Below, piece after piece: positions 11,411 through 23,314 of a DNA stretch of 37,075 nucleotides. The notes beneath the pieces were generated by a model that was given only the letters and a program-made list of their open reading frames with translations, was not told the DNA's origin and did no database searches. Each line of letters starts with the position of its first letter. The stretch's first letter is position 1. This DNA comes from Paraphysomonas bandaiensis (taxonomy: Eukaryota; Protista; Chrysophyceae). Where the stretch lies: assembly GCA_965644295.1 (NCBI GenBank), contig CBFFRP010000229.1:1-37075 (forward strand), given 5' to 3'. A program made the translations under genes and the position numbers.

Positions 11411-11848
11411 TGTATACTATGACCACCCTACCGATGCCAAAGAATCACATAATGGCAAGCAGACTGAATTTTTTATATTTTCTAGAATGTAACGAGTATT
11501 GACTCTTGACGGCAGTGATAGCATTCATCATAGCTACTGTTCTTATCTCTTTTCTTATTATTATAAAGCTGAAACGGAGTGATAGAATGTAATAATTTTG
11601 CAATAATGAAACACTTTGTCTTGTGAATCTGACAGTAATATCTAACTTAGTTCATATCACTATGTTAAGTTCACATAGTACCGCCTCTAACTAGTGTATT
11701 TCAAGTCGCTCACGAGTTATCAGACCTTTCAACATATGAATCGGATATTAACATGCTTAGCTATGAAATATATAGACTACATAAACTTCGAAAGTATGTC
11801 ACACATGTATATTCTTGTATATATATATTCATACAACGTAATAGCTAA

Positions 11849-14800
11849 CTATGCCTGGTGTGTGTAATACTCTGATTCCAGCCAAGACAGGACCTAATTT
11901 TAAGCATATATTAGAGATGCTTGCATTGTGATGGTGCTATGAGCCAGTACCTGCAACCAATGAGTCGTAGGAGAATTTTTATCTTCTTCAGTCCTTGCTT
12001 CCTTCTGAACATGTAGTCAGCGTTGAAAACAATACTTTCACACATATATACCTTGATCTTAGAAGTCAAAGATACGCGCTTGTCAGCTCGAGATGGTGAC
12101 GAATTCTATAAGAAACGTTTTATTCGCCCGCTAAAAATTAACTATATCTAACAATTTTACCTTTCCATTCAAGTTATAGCAAACATTCCGAAATGCTTTC
12201 AAAGTTTCTACCACTGCAAAGTCCAGTGTGTCCTTTAAATCACACACCTTATCATACACACTCCACCCATCTCTGTCACTGTCGTCATCATCCTTGCGCT
12301 CAACACTATCTGAGAACTCGCTGTTCCGTTCAGCACTCGCAATTACCCCCCTGAAATATGTACCTAACCCCATCGCGGCCAAGTACACTTCTTCTTTCGC
12401 ATCTAGAGTAGCCAAAAACTCAATTTCAAGCGCATTAATATCAGGCTCTACTAATCCCAAGGACACATCATCGACTTTGGTTTTGGCGTCCTCAGAGAAT
12501 AACATACCCTGAAGCGCAGTTATTGATTCCCGTGATAATTTCTCGTCTCCATTCTGCTTATCATTTTCCTGCTGTTTTTGCCTATCGAAAATTGATTTTC
12601 GAGCAACATACTCTCTTTTAATTAGACGACGTTTATGCTGCCATAATATATTTCTCCGCTCATTTTCCGCACAGATCTACGCACGAATTACACATTGGTT
12701 TTGTACGAATATCGCACTGAACTTACCAAGCTGGATGCACTGTGAAGACCAAATATTCCAGGACCCTCCGATCGCAGTGTATGCATAATAACATCAGACA
12801 TGCATGCAGTGACATACTGCAACACCGTCAGACTACTGCTGATATCATCCTGAGGGGTCGTATCGACAGTATCCGCTCCGATAAAGTGGTTTAACAAGTC
12901 CATACAATGCAATACCTGACGGAGATTGTTCCGCAGAATACTGTACATGTGGCATAATACAGATGGAAAAACGTATGCTGAGGAAAAGTGAGCCAGGCGA
13001 CAAGGCATGGCGCAGTGAACTTGTGAAACGAGTATATTGAGTAATTCGTCTCCACCACTACCTTCAGCAACCAGAGAATCTGTCCATTTGGCGCGAAATG
13101 CTTCGCCGTCGCTGCTAATTGCAGCGTCATGACCTTTAGATGAAGATATTTCAAAGTTATTTAAAACTAAGGTGACTGTTGAAACACATTCATCATTTTT
13201 TCTCTCGTACAGACTTTCGTGAAGCTTCGCGTGAACTGTAAAAGAGTCACAGTGGCTGTAGACTTCCCAGTTTGCCATTTCCCTGCCAATCATTGATACG
13301 CTATCACAGACACTGCCCTTTCGGTTAACTTGAGATAGATGTCGCAGCCAAGATCTCCCCGCCCCCGTATCACGTGAGTCGATTCCGTGAACAACTTCAT
13401 GGGCTACTTCTTTGACCATGACATCCAGAGCACTACCAGTTCTGGCACGTGTCGTAAAATCCAAAACCTCACCACATATAGAAACATTTCTCCGTGTCTG
13501 TGAATACAAGCCAGCACTCCCACTGGGATCATGTTTTTGTAAGCTCCCAGACTGTTTATCAATCTCACCATGCCTGTACGAAGTGGAAAACTTAGATATA
13601 GCATGTTCGTCAGATTCAAATGATATGTTGGGGTAAGCCTTAAATACTTGTAGTACTTTGGAGTTATGATACGCGCAACCAATAGTACTGTCCGAATTTA
13701 TGCGATTCACGTAAAGAGACTCTGATGGTGCGAGAAAATAATCGGGAAACGCCTTTTCCAGCTGATATACAATTGTTACATAAATATTGACTATCACAGA
13801 GCACTAACCTGCCAGACAAGTCTCGCGTAGCTTCCGATGGGACCACCTGAGTCAATGCAATCCAACATCTTCTCCGTATAATTACTACATGACGATTTGT
13901 TTGTGTATGCTAAACAGTCGTATTTCACAAGGAGCCAAATTTCGCCGCTTCCTATTCCAATGGAACCCATGCAATTGAAGTCAGGGCTTTCACATTTCTT
14001 GGTATGACCCCCACTCGGATTTAAGTCTTGTTGTCGGTGTATACCATCTACGTTCGTTAAATTACAGTGCATAGAACATGCCTTAGTAACTTCTACAAAT
14101 GAATACTCAGTCGCTAAGAAAAATTTCCTTAGGTTAGATAACATTGATGGGTCAGTATCGCCATCACAGCTTAACTGCGACGAGGATTTCGAGGAGTTCC
14201 AAGGGTTTGTCATAAATCGAATAGCATAATACAGCGGACGAGGGCGAATGTCACCTTCGTGTAAAAGGCGGTCCTTGAATTTGTCGTCTGCTCTATTGAG
14301 CTCCTCCACTAAAGATAAAAGTCTCTTGTTCCCTTCAAATATAATTTAATAAAAGAGTTTGTTTGCTTATTTCCATACCTGTAGATTTTAACTTTTCATA
14401 AATAGGAGGAAAATCGTGACTTTCATGAGAATGAGGTGGGTCACCCATTCCAATTGCAAAGTTGTACTCAGTAGAAAAGAGTTTAATTAGGTACGATCCA
14501 AATTCCCAATGTCCCGACAACAGAAAATACCGTAATGCTAGACGCAATTGCTGATGTTGTTCTTCGCATTGTCTTCCGTTCGTATTGCGAATTGTTACGG
14601 AATGATGTGCGTGGCTAGCTATAGTGACATCGCACGACTTCGTGCCAACAAGCAGCTGCGATCGGCATTTTATCAATTCCAATACAGAGAGCACAATATT
14701 TACAGCATCTTTTACTTCATCCAGAAGTGTTATGCGCTCAAGTGATTCTACCTTTTCTGCATCACATCTTTCCATGATGACGTCGATTCCACCATGAGAG

Positions 14801-17800
14801 AACGCCTCACGCAAGACGGAGCTATATCCCGCCCAGTTAACTCCACTTGAATATTTCTTCTTATCACAGTCGTTGAAACTTCTTTCTAACTGTGAACATA
14901 TAGCACTTGCGTTGGCAATACTACACCACTCTCTTCGAATGCTTGAATCATTTTCATTACTACACTCTGGCCATTCCAGGACCTGTTGTGTCAAGATGGC
15001 GTGAGTTGAAACATAAACTGTCCACGAGTAAAGGCGCAAATTCATTCTCCGGTGCAATTCCTTAATAGCAACAGTGTCATTAACATCTGCAAAGGAGTCC
15101 TTGAGTATATTCAAAAATAAGAATATATCATCTACAGAACAGTTTCCGGTGGCAATACTAAATTTTTGTTGGTGAGTGTCGGTGAACAGAGGTAAAGCAG
15201 TGACACATTCTGGAACGCAAAACAGCAGACACTCATCAATTACATTTCCCAATATTGTAATCATATTATTGAGAGTCCGCACAGGGTATTCCAAAGAAGG
15301 GGTTACAGTCTCGACACCAAATTTACTGTCTACCATTGAGCTTTCATTAGGAACAGATAGGCCTTCTGTGTCATATATCGTGCTTGCTCGCAGGCCAGCA
15401 CATGTTGTCACTAAATTTCTACAGCATCGAACTAAAGACGCACGGACACGACTACACAAGGAATTTAAATTTAGATTGCAATCAGTATTAGCATCCTCAT
15501 GCTGTCCAATCACATTATCTGAAGATTTCTCTGATAAAAATTCACGACTAACTGCGCGGTAGAACTCAATGTTCGAACTATAAGTTCGAGGAGTGGAAGT
15601 CTTGAGAGGAAACGCCGTATCATGCTTGTGGTACTTTTTCACTGACAGTGACAAAGCTGTAGATAAAAGTACAAGCATGACTTCTTCACCGTTCCGTTGA
15701 ATGCAGGCACAAGTAATACGGTGCTGGAAAATAGAATCGTGAAAACTAGTTTGACTTTCAAGTGCTCGTAAATTTCTGTCAAGAGTATTCTCAAGCCCGG
15801 TCAACGTCGCTGTTCTATTCTCGCTTATTGAATCCAGAAGAAGAAAACACAATTTATCTAAACACTTAATGATGAAAGATACACGCGCTCTCATCAAATG
15901 TGCCCAAAGAGTGCACCACATAGTCAAGCAGTCATATCTCATCTGATTCGCAGCACTCTCCTCAGGACATTCATGCACACGGCTATCGCCCTTTAATTCA
16001 AGACCGGATACGACGGCGTTATCCAAGTAGCGATTACTTCTTAGCTGCAGTACGAGATAATCCATGCACAAACTAAGTACACTTTCATCTTGTCGCAACC
16101 ACTTAGGGACGTCAATCACATCTGCCAACTGGTCTGACACTACTTCATCTACAGTCGAATACCTTAAAGAAACCTTAATAGTAAGTACATACATACCTTC
16201 ATCACATATCATACTCCCCTTCACACTGGCACATAACTCGTACGTTTTACACACAACGGATAAATTTAGCAAAAAAAGATCATTAAGATGTTTTACATTT
16301 CGCATGCCCTTGATACATAACGACCGAGAAAGTGGCGATGAGGGTGCGCTCTCCATTGTCGGTTTCGCATCGATATGTTTGCATAAAATGGCACGAAGCG
16401 TGCTAACAAGGGAATCCTAAAAAGAAAGATGATAAGTACATTCTAATAGCAAGCCTATGTGCATTATACGTTAAGGCAGTGATTCTGAGCAGACTCGCCA
16501 TTGCCTGGGTCATAGGCACATTCTCTTGATAATACCGCTTCCCAAATGGCACGGCATAGTCCCCGAAACGCCAAAAAAGGAAGAAGAACGTGTTCCTGGT
16601 TTCCTATCTGTTGTATATTCCCATTACTCGTGAGTTTTGATGCACGACTAGATTTCGCACTGGCCAAAGGAGAGCTTTGCGCTTTGTCTGGCTTTGATAG
16701 TTTCCCTAGATATCGTTTTGCCAATGCATTGCCCACCACCTTGCGGCCTCCTTTATCGCCAGTAACAGGCGACTGCTTAAAATTTCCTTCATAGCTGGGA
16801 CTCTCTAGAGTCTGACTATACATTCTTGATAGATTTCTACAAATATCGCTCTGCAACTGTAATAATTTCGTAACAACTGGAATATGATAACCAAAGAAAT
16901 TCAGCAGTTCATCCATACCACTCATGTGCTCTGAGACCTCACCCTTCCGGATGATATCGTGGAGAGTAGTTGTAATCACTCGACTAGAAGACTTGAATTT
17001 GTTAGCACTTGCAGAGTTTCTAGCGTGAGCGCTTCCTTGAACCACATCCCTTGATGGAGAAGAATGTTTCTTACGAACTCGAGGAGGCATATCGGACGTT
17101 GTTGACGGTAGCATTTTAAGCTGATGAGAAAATAACCATATAACGTCGCCTACAGAAACAGCAATAGACCGATACACAATTTCCTGTATGAAATCCTTGT
17201 CTATAAGGATAGGAGAACTGACACACGAATTTAAGGATATCTTACAAATTGACTCGATATGGTTGACTATGCCAGCAAAGCAATCGGTAACAATTGACGA
17301 GCAAGACAATTGGGGCTTGTATCCCCATAGAGAGAAGCCATCTACACGAAGTGTTGTCTCGTGCCTACTATCCAAGTTCTGTTTCACATTCTCGAGATAC
17401 GAACTGACACTTGTACTTTGGTTCCGTTCAGCAAATATCTTCGAAAATATACCAGTCAACTCCAGAACGTAGTTTGCACACACAGGATTAGTGAAATCGA
17501 AATCACAATCACGGAAAGAAATAGACACTGCTTCAACAAAGTGAAAAAGCGAGTGATAAAACCTCACAACGGGAATTTCCGAATCGGTAGGATCACGACC
17601 TTCTAGAGAGAGACCAAGATTTAACATATCAGATAGCATAAACACACATTGGAACACTTTAGTCGCAAACATGAACATCGAGTCATAGCATTCGTTCCTT
17701 TTAAAATCCATACTATTGGACTCAAGTAAATCTATTCTTATGAAATCTCGCAGCACCACCGCCCCATATTTTAAAACAGATTCCAACAGATGAGACGCTA

Positions 17801-20204
17801 GCATGCTCATGCTAAACCCGACTTCTCCCACACTATATTCGCACGCTACAAGCGTCCTCACACTCCAACATATTTTAATCAACGTATCCCACTTCTCAAC
17901 AACATACTTATCTCGCATGCACAGCACTTCACGTTGTACATCCCAGTTAAAGGGCTCTTGGGCGTGTTCGGTCGCATGTTGGCACTGTTGGGCAAACTCA
18001 TCACATCGCTGTGTAAAGTAGCCATGAGCAACTAATTCCGCGAAGCTGTCACATTGGAGCCAGTGTTCAACGAATGCCCAGAGAGCACTTTCACAATGAA
18101 AGTGTCGCAGAAGATTGACAAGAACATTGTAACCCCGGGTATCATTGATGTTACTGTCGCATACAAATCTATGGACTATACGATGTACTATAGGCACCAG
18201 GTCACATGCAAGCTCATCGGCGGCAGCACGTTCACAAATCCTAAACACTCGCTGCGACATCTGGTCGTGCGGAAACAAAGGGCTCCAAGACCACGCTGCG
18301 CGCGAACTACTACTTTCATCAACGTACTCTTCAACTCTACGAGAAAGGACAGACAACAGCAGTAACGAACCGTCAAGATTAAGTTCAGTTAAGTCATTGC
18401 AGACTATACTCTGAAGAGAGGGCGGGGATGAGTTAATAAGATCCGCACAATCTGCTACAGTTACGGTATCATTTACTGGATATTTCATGAGTAATGATTC
18501 GACAGATGTGACTTCCGTTGAAATCGGGTAGTGTAATATGCGCTCTTCGACTCTAAACATGATACGTCCTACATCAACTCTTTCTCCTTTTTCATGCCCA
18601 ATTCTTCCCCTCCGGCCTGGCCAAGTGCTTTCAAATACATCATCAATATCATCAGGTTTACGGTACAATGAGCTCTCGTTGACCGTTATCGGTGCAGCCG
18701 AAAGTGTTACACCAAGTAATCCTGCCAGATATCACAGTGAGATGGTCGCTTTTTGTAGTTGCAATTACAATAGCCTACCGTCATTGGCGTGGGTCTTAGG
18801 TCCCAGCATATCAACCACAGCAGAGCATACTTCCCATACGTGCAGGGCACGCTGACGTCCCGCTCCGCTGGTCCTAGGAGCGCGCAGCAATCCTACAGAT
18901 ACTCTCAAGTACCGAACAGGTGAGAGGTCTGGTCTAGAGTTTCCGCATTCGCATTCCACATTCCAAGGTATTGAAGTACCGCAGGTACACCCAATAGGAG
19001 GATAGTGGAGCTCCGCCCCAGATATATATTCACCTATAAGTTTGCTAAACTAGTCGAAAATATGAATATCGTTTCCCTACCTTGAGTAGCAGTGAGGGTA
19101 CCTAACAGCGTCACCGGCCCCGCATACTTTTGTTGGAAAAGGTCTGCAGTTCCTTCAAAGCTCTGAGGGTTAACTCGACTATACTGAGCAAAAACCTAAC
19201 CAAAATTCAGGATTATTATGTAATAAATGTTGCCTTTACCAATAACTTGTGGTTCTTGTAACAGTCTCGAAGATCCTGGGCCAAACGTGTGAGAAATGTT
19301 GCTACTTATGTGCATTTGTTTTACCTGCGTTAGTTGAAGATCCTCCACAGAAATATATGTTACATCGTGTAGGGAAATGTTTTCAAGCGTTTCGTTAGTC
19401 AAAAATATACGCTGTGCGGAATTGGTGCCATCACTGGTACCAAAATACAATGCATCAAGCTGAGCTGTATCCAATGATCTCCCACTAGGAAACATCTTCA
19501 CAGGTCTCTCCAGCCCTAAGTACGCGATGGGCTGACGGAGTGACAATCGACTTACACGGATCCGGCCATCAGGTGGGACGAACGGTGTGACTCCCATGGC
19601 ATGTTTGGTGTGACTGGTTATGGCCATGCGAAGAGCAACTTCCTCAGAAAACCCATTTGACAAAGAAATGCCGTCTCTTGGAGGAGTAGAAAGGGACTGA
19701 CCAGCAACAATATTTACCACATGCGATGCCCGTGCGACAGGCACTCCAGTAAACCTTTAGCATAGCGGCAAGAATGTGAACAGACAACAGTAGATAAGGC
19801 TATTCATAACACATATCTAATACTACCTGTCAATGAGGTCAACAAGTACAGTAACTCTGAAGTCACCACATATCTCTTCCTCGGTAAACTCGTACGTGTA
19901 AAGTGGATTAGACGATAGATTTCCTACAAACAGCGGCAAAATTAAGTCGTAGGATAGTCTGGTTGCGGCATCTCTCCACAATGAAATGCGCCACATGTAA
20001 CACTGCTTTTCAAACTCAGATTTCCTGAAACAAATATATAAAAACATCACTATACAAAAGAGAAAAACACATATCTTACCAGACAATATGCGAACATTGT
20101 GGTACAAAATCCAGTAGTAAATAGTTAAATAAGCGACCGTTGGTCCATATCGGGGACTTATTACCAAACACCCCATAGTAGTTAGTGGTTAAAGATTGAG
20201 GCAT
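11849..20204 (-). CDS. Large multi-exon protein of unknown function (~2,500 aa if one gene)
   Basis: ORFs 19823-20176 (part), 19196-19744, 18765-18959, 16464-18668, 14335-16356, 13794-14309, 12688-13797 and 12131-12505, plus three small terminal exons, join in frame via GT-AG introns (e.g. ~16417-16469, 14333-14378, 13763-13809, 12677-12726). Probable ATG at 20204 (MPQSLTTN...); ends ...VLSWLESEYYTHQA*. Splicing around 19030-19330 is ambiguous, so this could be two genes. Confidence 0.7.
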
Positions 20205-20598
20205 TTCCTTATATCAGAATGCAAGTTGTTCCAACTCGCTCCTACATAGAAGGAAGTGGATATATAGAGATCATTCTCCTCATGGAAGGTGCTGCTCGGT
20301 GATCATCATATCAACTTATAAGATAAGCAACAGATAAGCTCATCACTATCGAATCAGATTTCAAAAATTGTGTGAAAAAAAGATTGATATTTATATGAAA
20401 TATACCGGAATTCAATTTTGACAATTAAAAATAGGGGTTTTATACGCAGGATATGTAGAAAAATCTGGGGTTTATTGTGTTTATTACCCGGAATTACGTA
20501 CAGCAGCAGTGTGTACAGCAGTGTGAGATGCAGGCAAGCGAGGGCTACCAAGCTACAATAATATGCCAGTTAAAGGCAACTCCGTCATAATAACGGAG

Positions 20599-20676
20599 CT
20601 CATATCAGAGGACAGTCTCAATATTTGCAAATAACGCAACTTATCTCAGCATCTGGAGACTGTCCTTTGATATGAG
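20599..20676. repeat. 21-bp inverted repeat (hairpin) with a 36-nt loop
   Basis: CTCATATCAGAGGACAGTCTC (20599-20619) vs GAGACTGTCCTTTGATATGAG (20656-20676): 20/21 complementary. Confidence 0.8.
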
Positions 20677-21599
20677 ATACGATTGATGTCAGTATATATT
20701 CGCCATCTAACCCGCATCAAAGGGTGTAATATTTGTCCGCGTCATACTGTAGCTTGCTGTCGAATATCATATACTACTTTCATGTACAGTGTAGCATACA
20801 GCTGTTGTAATGTCACTCCAATGATAGCGACAGCGAGTGCCTTATATGGGGATAACAACACCTACTACTACTCTAGAAAACAAGAAATCGTATATGAATA
20901 ACGCTTATTAATTAGTCTCGGCAGGTCGTATTGAAACAATATGTATTATGGAGGAATCGTATATGGGGATGGTAAAAGTATTCATATTCACGTTTTCTCA
21001 TAAAGCATTGATCATTATGCATACTGCGTTCCGTGTGTAGTTTAGTAATTCCTAAATATTTATTAAAATTTATAAAATATGTACAAATGGGAGATGATTG
21101 AGCTGACACGAGAAGATAAAGTTCTGCTTCTTATATTGTACTGAGTACTCATGTGGAATAGAGTATGCATGGGTAATATTCACAACACAAGCGGCCAGTT
21201 TTCTTCTTTTTCTGTGTTTGGCAGCGTTTTTGTTCTGCAATTTCACGCCTCTATATAATCACTACTCCACATATATATAGAATAAAGGGTACCTTCAGCA
21301 GTAAAATTTGTGTAGCAGACAGGAATCCATCGATTCTACATCTTTAGCATTTCGCATAGTCAGTCAGGACTTCAGTTCGTTCAGCAACTACAAACATTGC
21401 AGGTCACAAAATCACATTTCTTTTCTACTCGATAGCAACTACAAACAATAGCAGCGTACGGATCCTATGGCAATGAAACAGTCATTGTTACTTTAAGTAT
21501 ACGTTCATTTTACAACTAAGAATGGAACCAACCAAAGAGTTTTACAATTGGCGACACTCAAATACGCCTCAATGATACATTCTAGTGATACTTTATGTA

Positions 21600-22784
21600 T
21601 TAGAGCCTTTGATTGAATGTGGCTTTCATCCCTGAGGCATCATACCTATCACCCTCCACTCCTTCCACGCAGCTAGCAATTTCCCGTGCTTCCTCATCTG
21701 AGAAAGGAAGCAATTCATACGCACGGGCGTTCTCTTCAATTCTCTTGGATGACTTTGTGCCGGGAATAGGAAATACATCATCTCCCTGGGCATGGACCCA
21801 AGCAAGGGCAAGCTGAGCAGGTGTGCACCTCTTCTCCTCAGCTTTTTTGAAGAAGCGTGCAACTTTTTGTCGGTTGGTTTCAATGTTTTCCGCAGCAAAC
21901 CGTGGTCTACCTTTGCGCCAATCAGCGTCATCCATGTCTGATAGTGCTGTAGGAGAAGTTAAAAACCCTCGTCCTAGTGGCGAGTACGCTACTATCCCCA
22001 CTCCAAGTTCTCTAGCAACTGGCACCACTTCTTCCTCGAGATCACGTGTCTGCAAGCTCCACTCCATCTGGATAGCTGTCACTGGATGTACCGCATGCGC
22101 TCTGCGTAGTTCAGAGGGAGAGCACTCCGATAAACCAATATAGCGAATCGTACCTTCCTCCACCAATGATTTCAGGACAGCCATCGTTTCTTCTATCGGG
22201 GTGTTCGGGTCCATACGGTGCATGTAGTATAGGTCGATGTAAGATGTACCTAGTCGCTGCAATGACTCAGCTAGCTGAGTTCGAATAAATTCTTCTTTTC
22301 CTGAAAAAATAGTTTCGCCATCTTTAATACCAATTCCAAATTTAGTGGCAACGACGAAGTTTTCACGTCCATACTTGGCGAGAGCTTTTCCCACCAACTC
22401 CTCATTGGTGTAGTTCTCACCTCCACCAGCACCAAACGACTATGGAATAAACAAACACTAACATACTTTGTCTGAGGTGTTTATATCTACCTGATATATC
22501 CATGCAGTGTCCAAGAAATTGATACCCAGCTCTAGTCCCCTGGCTATTGTGCGTAAAGATTCCTCTTCAGCAGCGGCCCTGCTCAAGATATGACACAGTA
22601 AAATATACTGGCGCAATATAGTTACCTGTCAAATCCCCCATAGAATGCAGTCATTCCCATGCATCCCCTAATGCATCATTATAAACTGATGATATTCTCT
22701 GATGCCAGCGGGAGGTACTTACAATCCTTGGGCAGATACAATCAAGCCTTGGGACCCCAAAGGTTTTTGTGGGATGATTGACAT
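21600..22784 (-). CDS. Aldo-keto reductase (AKR13 / YakC / IN2-2-like), 4 exons
   Basis: Spliced N-terminus [31 protein letters not shown]...FLDTAWIY joins ORF 21600-22397 (ATKFG, IDLYYMHR, IGLSE, AYSPLGRG, PIPGT). Catalytic D-Y-K-H tetrad intact. Confidence 0.95.
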
Positions 22785-23314
22785 AATAGAAATAAAAGTA
22801 AATTGCTTCGGAAGATATTAAGTATGATTTCTTGAGCCGATATGGTGTGCTGTAATCGCAATCCAGAACAAGCAGCCACCTTCTATTGACTTGCAGAGAT
22901 CTTACAGCCATGCGCATGGTCTCTACAGGTCACCCTTCAAAGTATGAAAGTATGCTGAACACTCTAAAACCTTGTATTTTCTTATAAATATGGGATTTTG
23001 TGCCTGCCTACCAAAATCTGCTGTGTATCTGTATAAAAGTGTATAACAAAATACAGCAAGCTGTTACGCCTTTTGTCATGGACTACACACACATGTACAC
23101 AGTACAGAGTGCCGAGTATTTGTCTGTATTAGTACAGTATTTATATGTATGTACTGCTGTATGTTGTGCTGTGCAGCACCAGTGCAGTTAGCGGAGGTTT
23201 CTATTCATAGTTTAGGAGCACTTAAAGCTTCATATCATGCAGCTTCCAAGTACTCACCACTCTACACCGGGGTATTAATCCCTCTTATTGTGAATATATA
23301 CCAGGGTATTGAAT

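Noticed and set aside
12131-18959. Serial same-strand ORFs as an operon, stop-codon readthrough or alternative genetic code
   Set aside because: Each break is explained by a canonical short GT-AG intron that restores the frame.
19823-20176. ORF-track start MGCLVISPR... with an apparent TM segment
   Set aside because: It reads through a 55-nt intron; the frame-consistent first exon starts at ATG 20204 in another frame.
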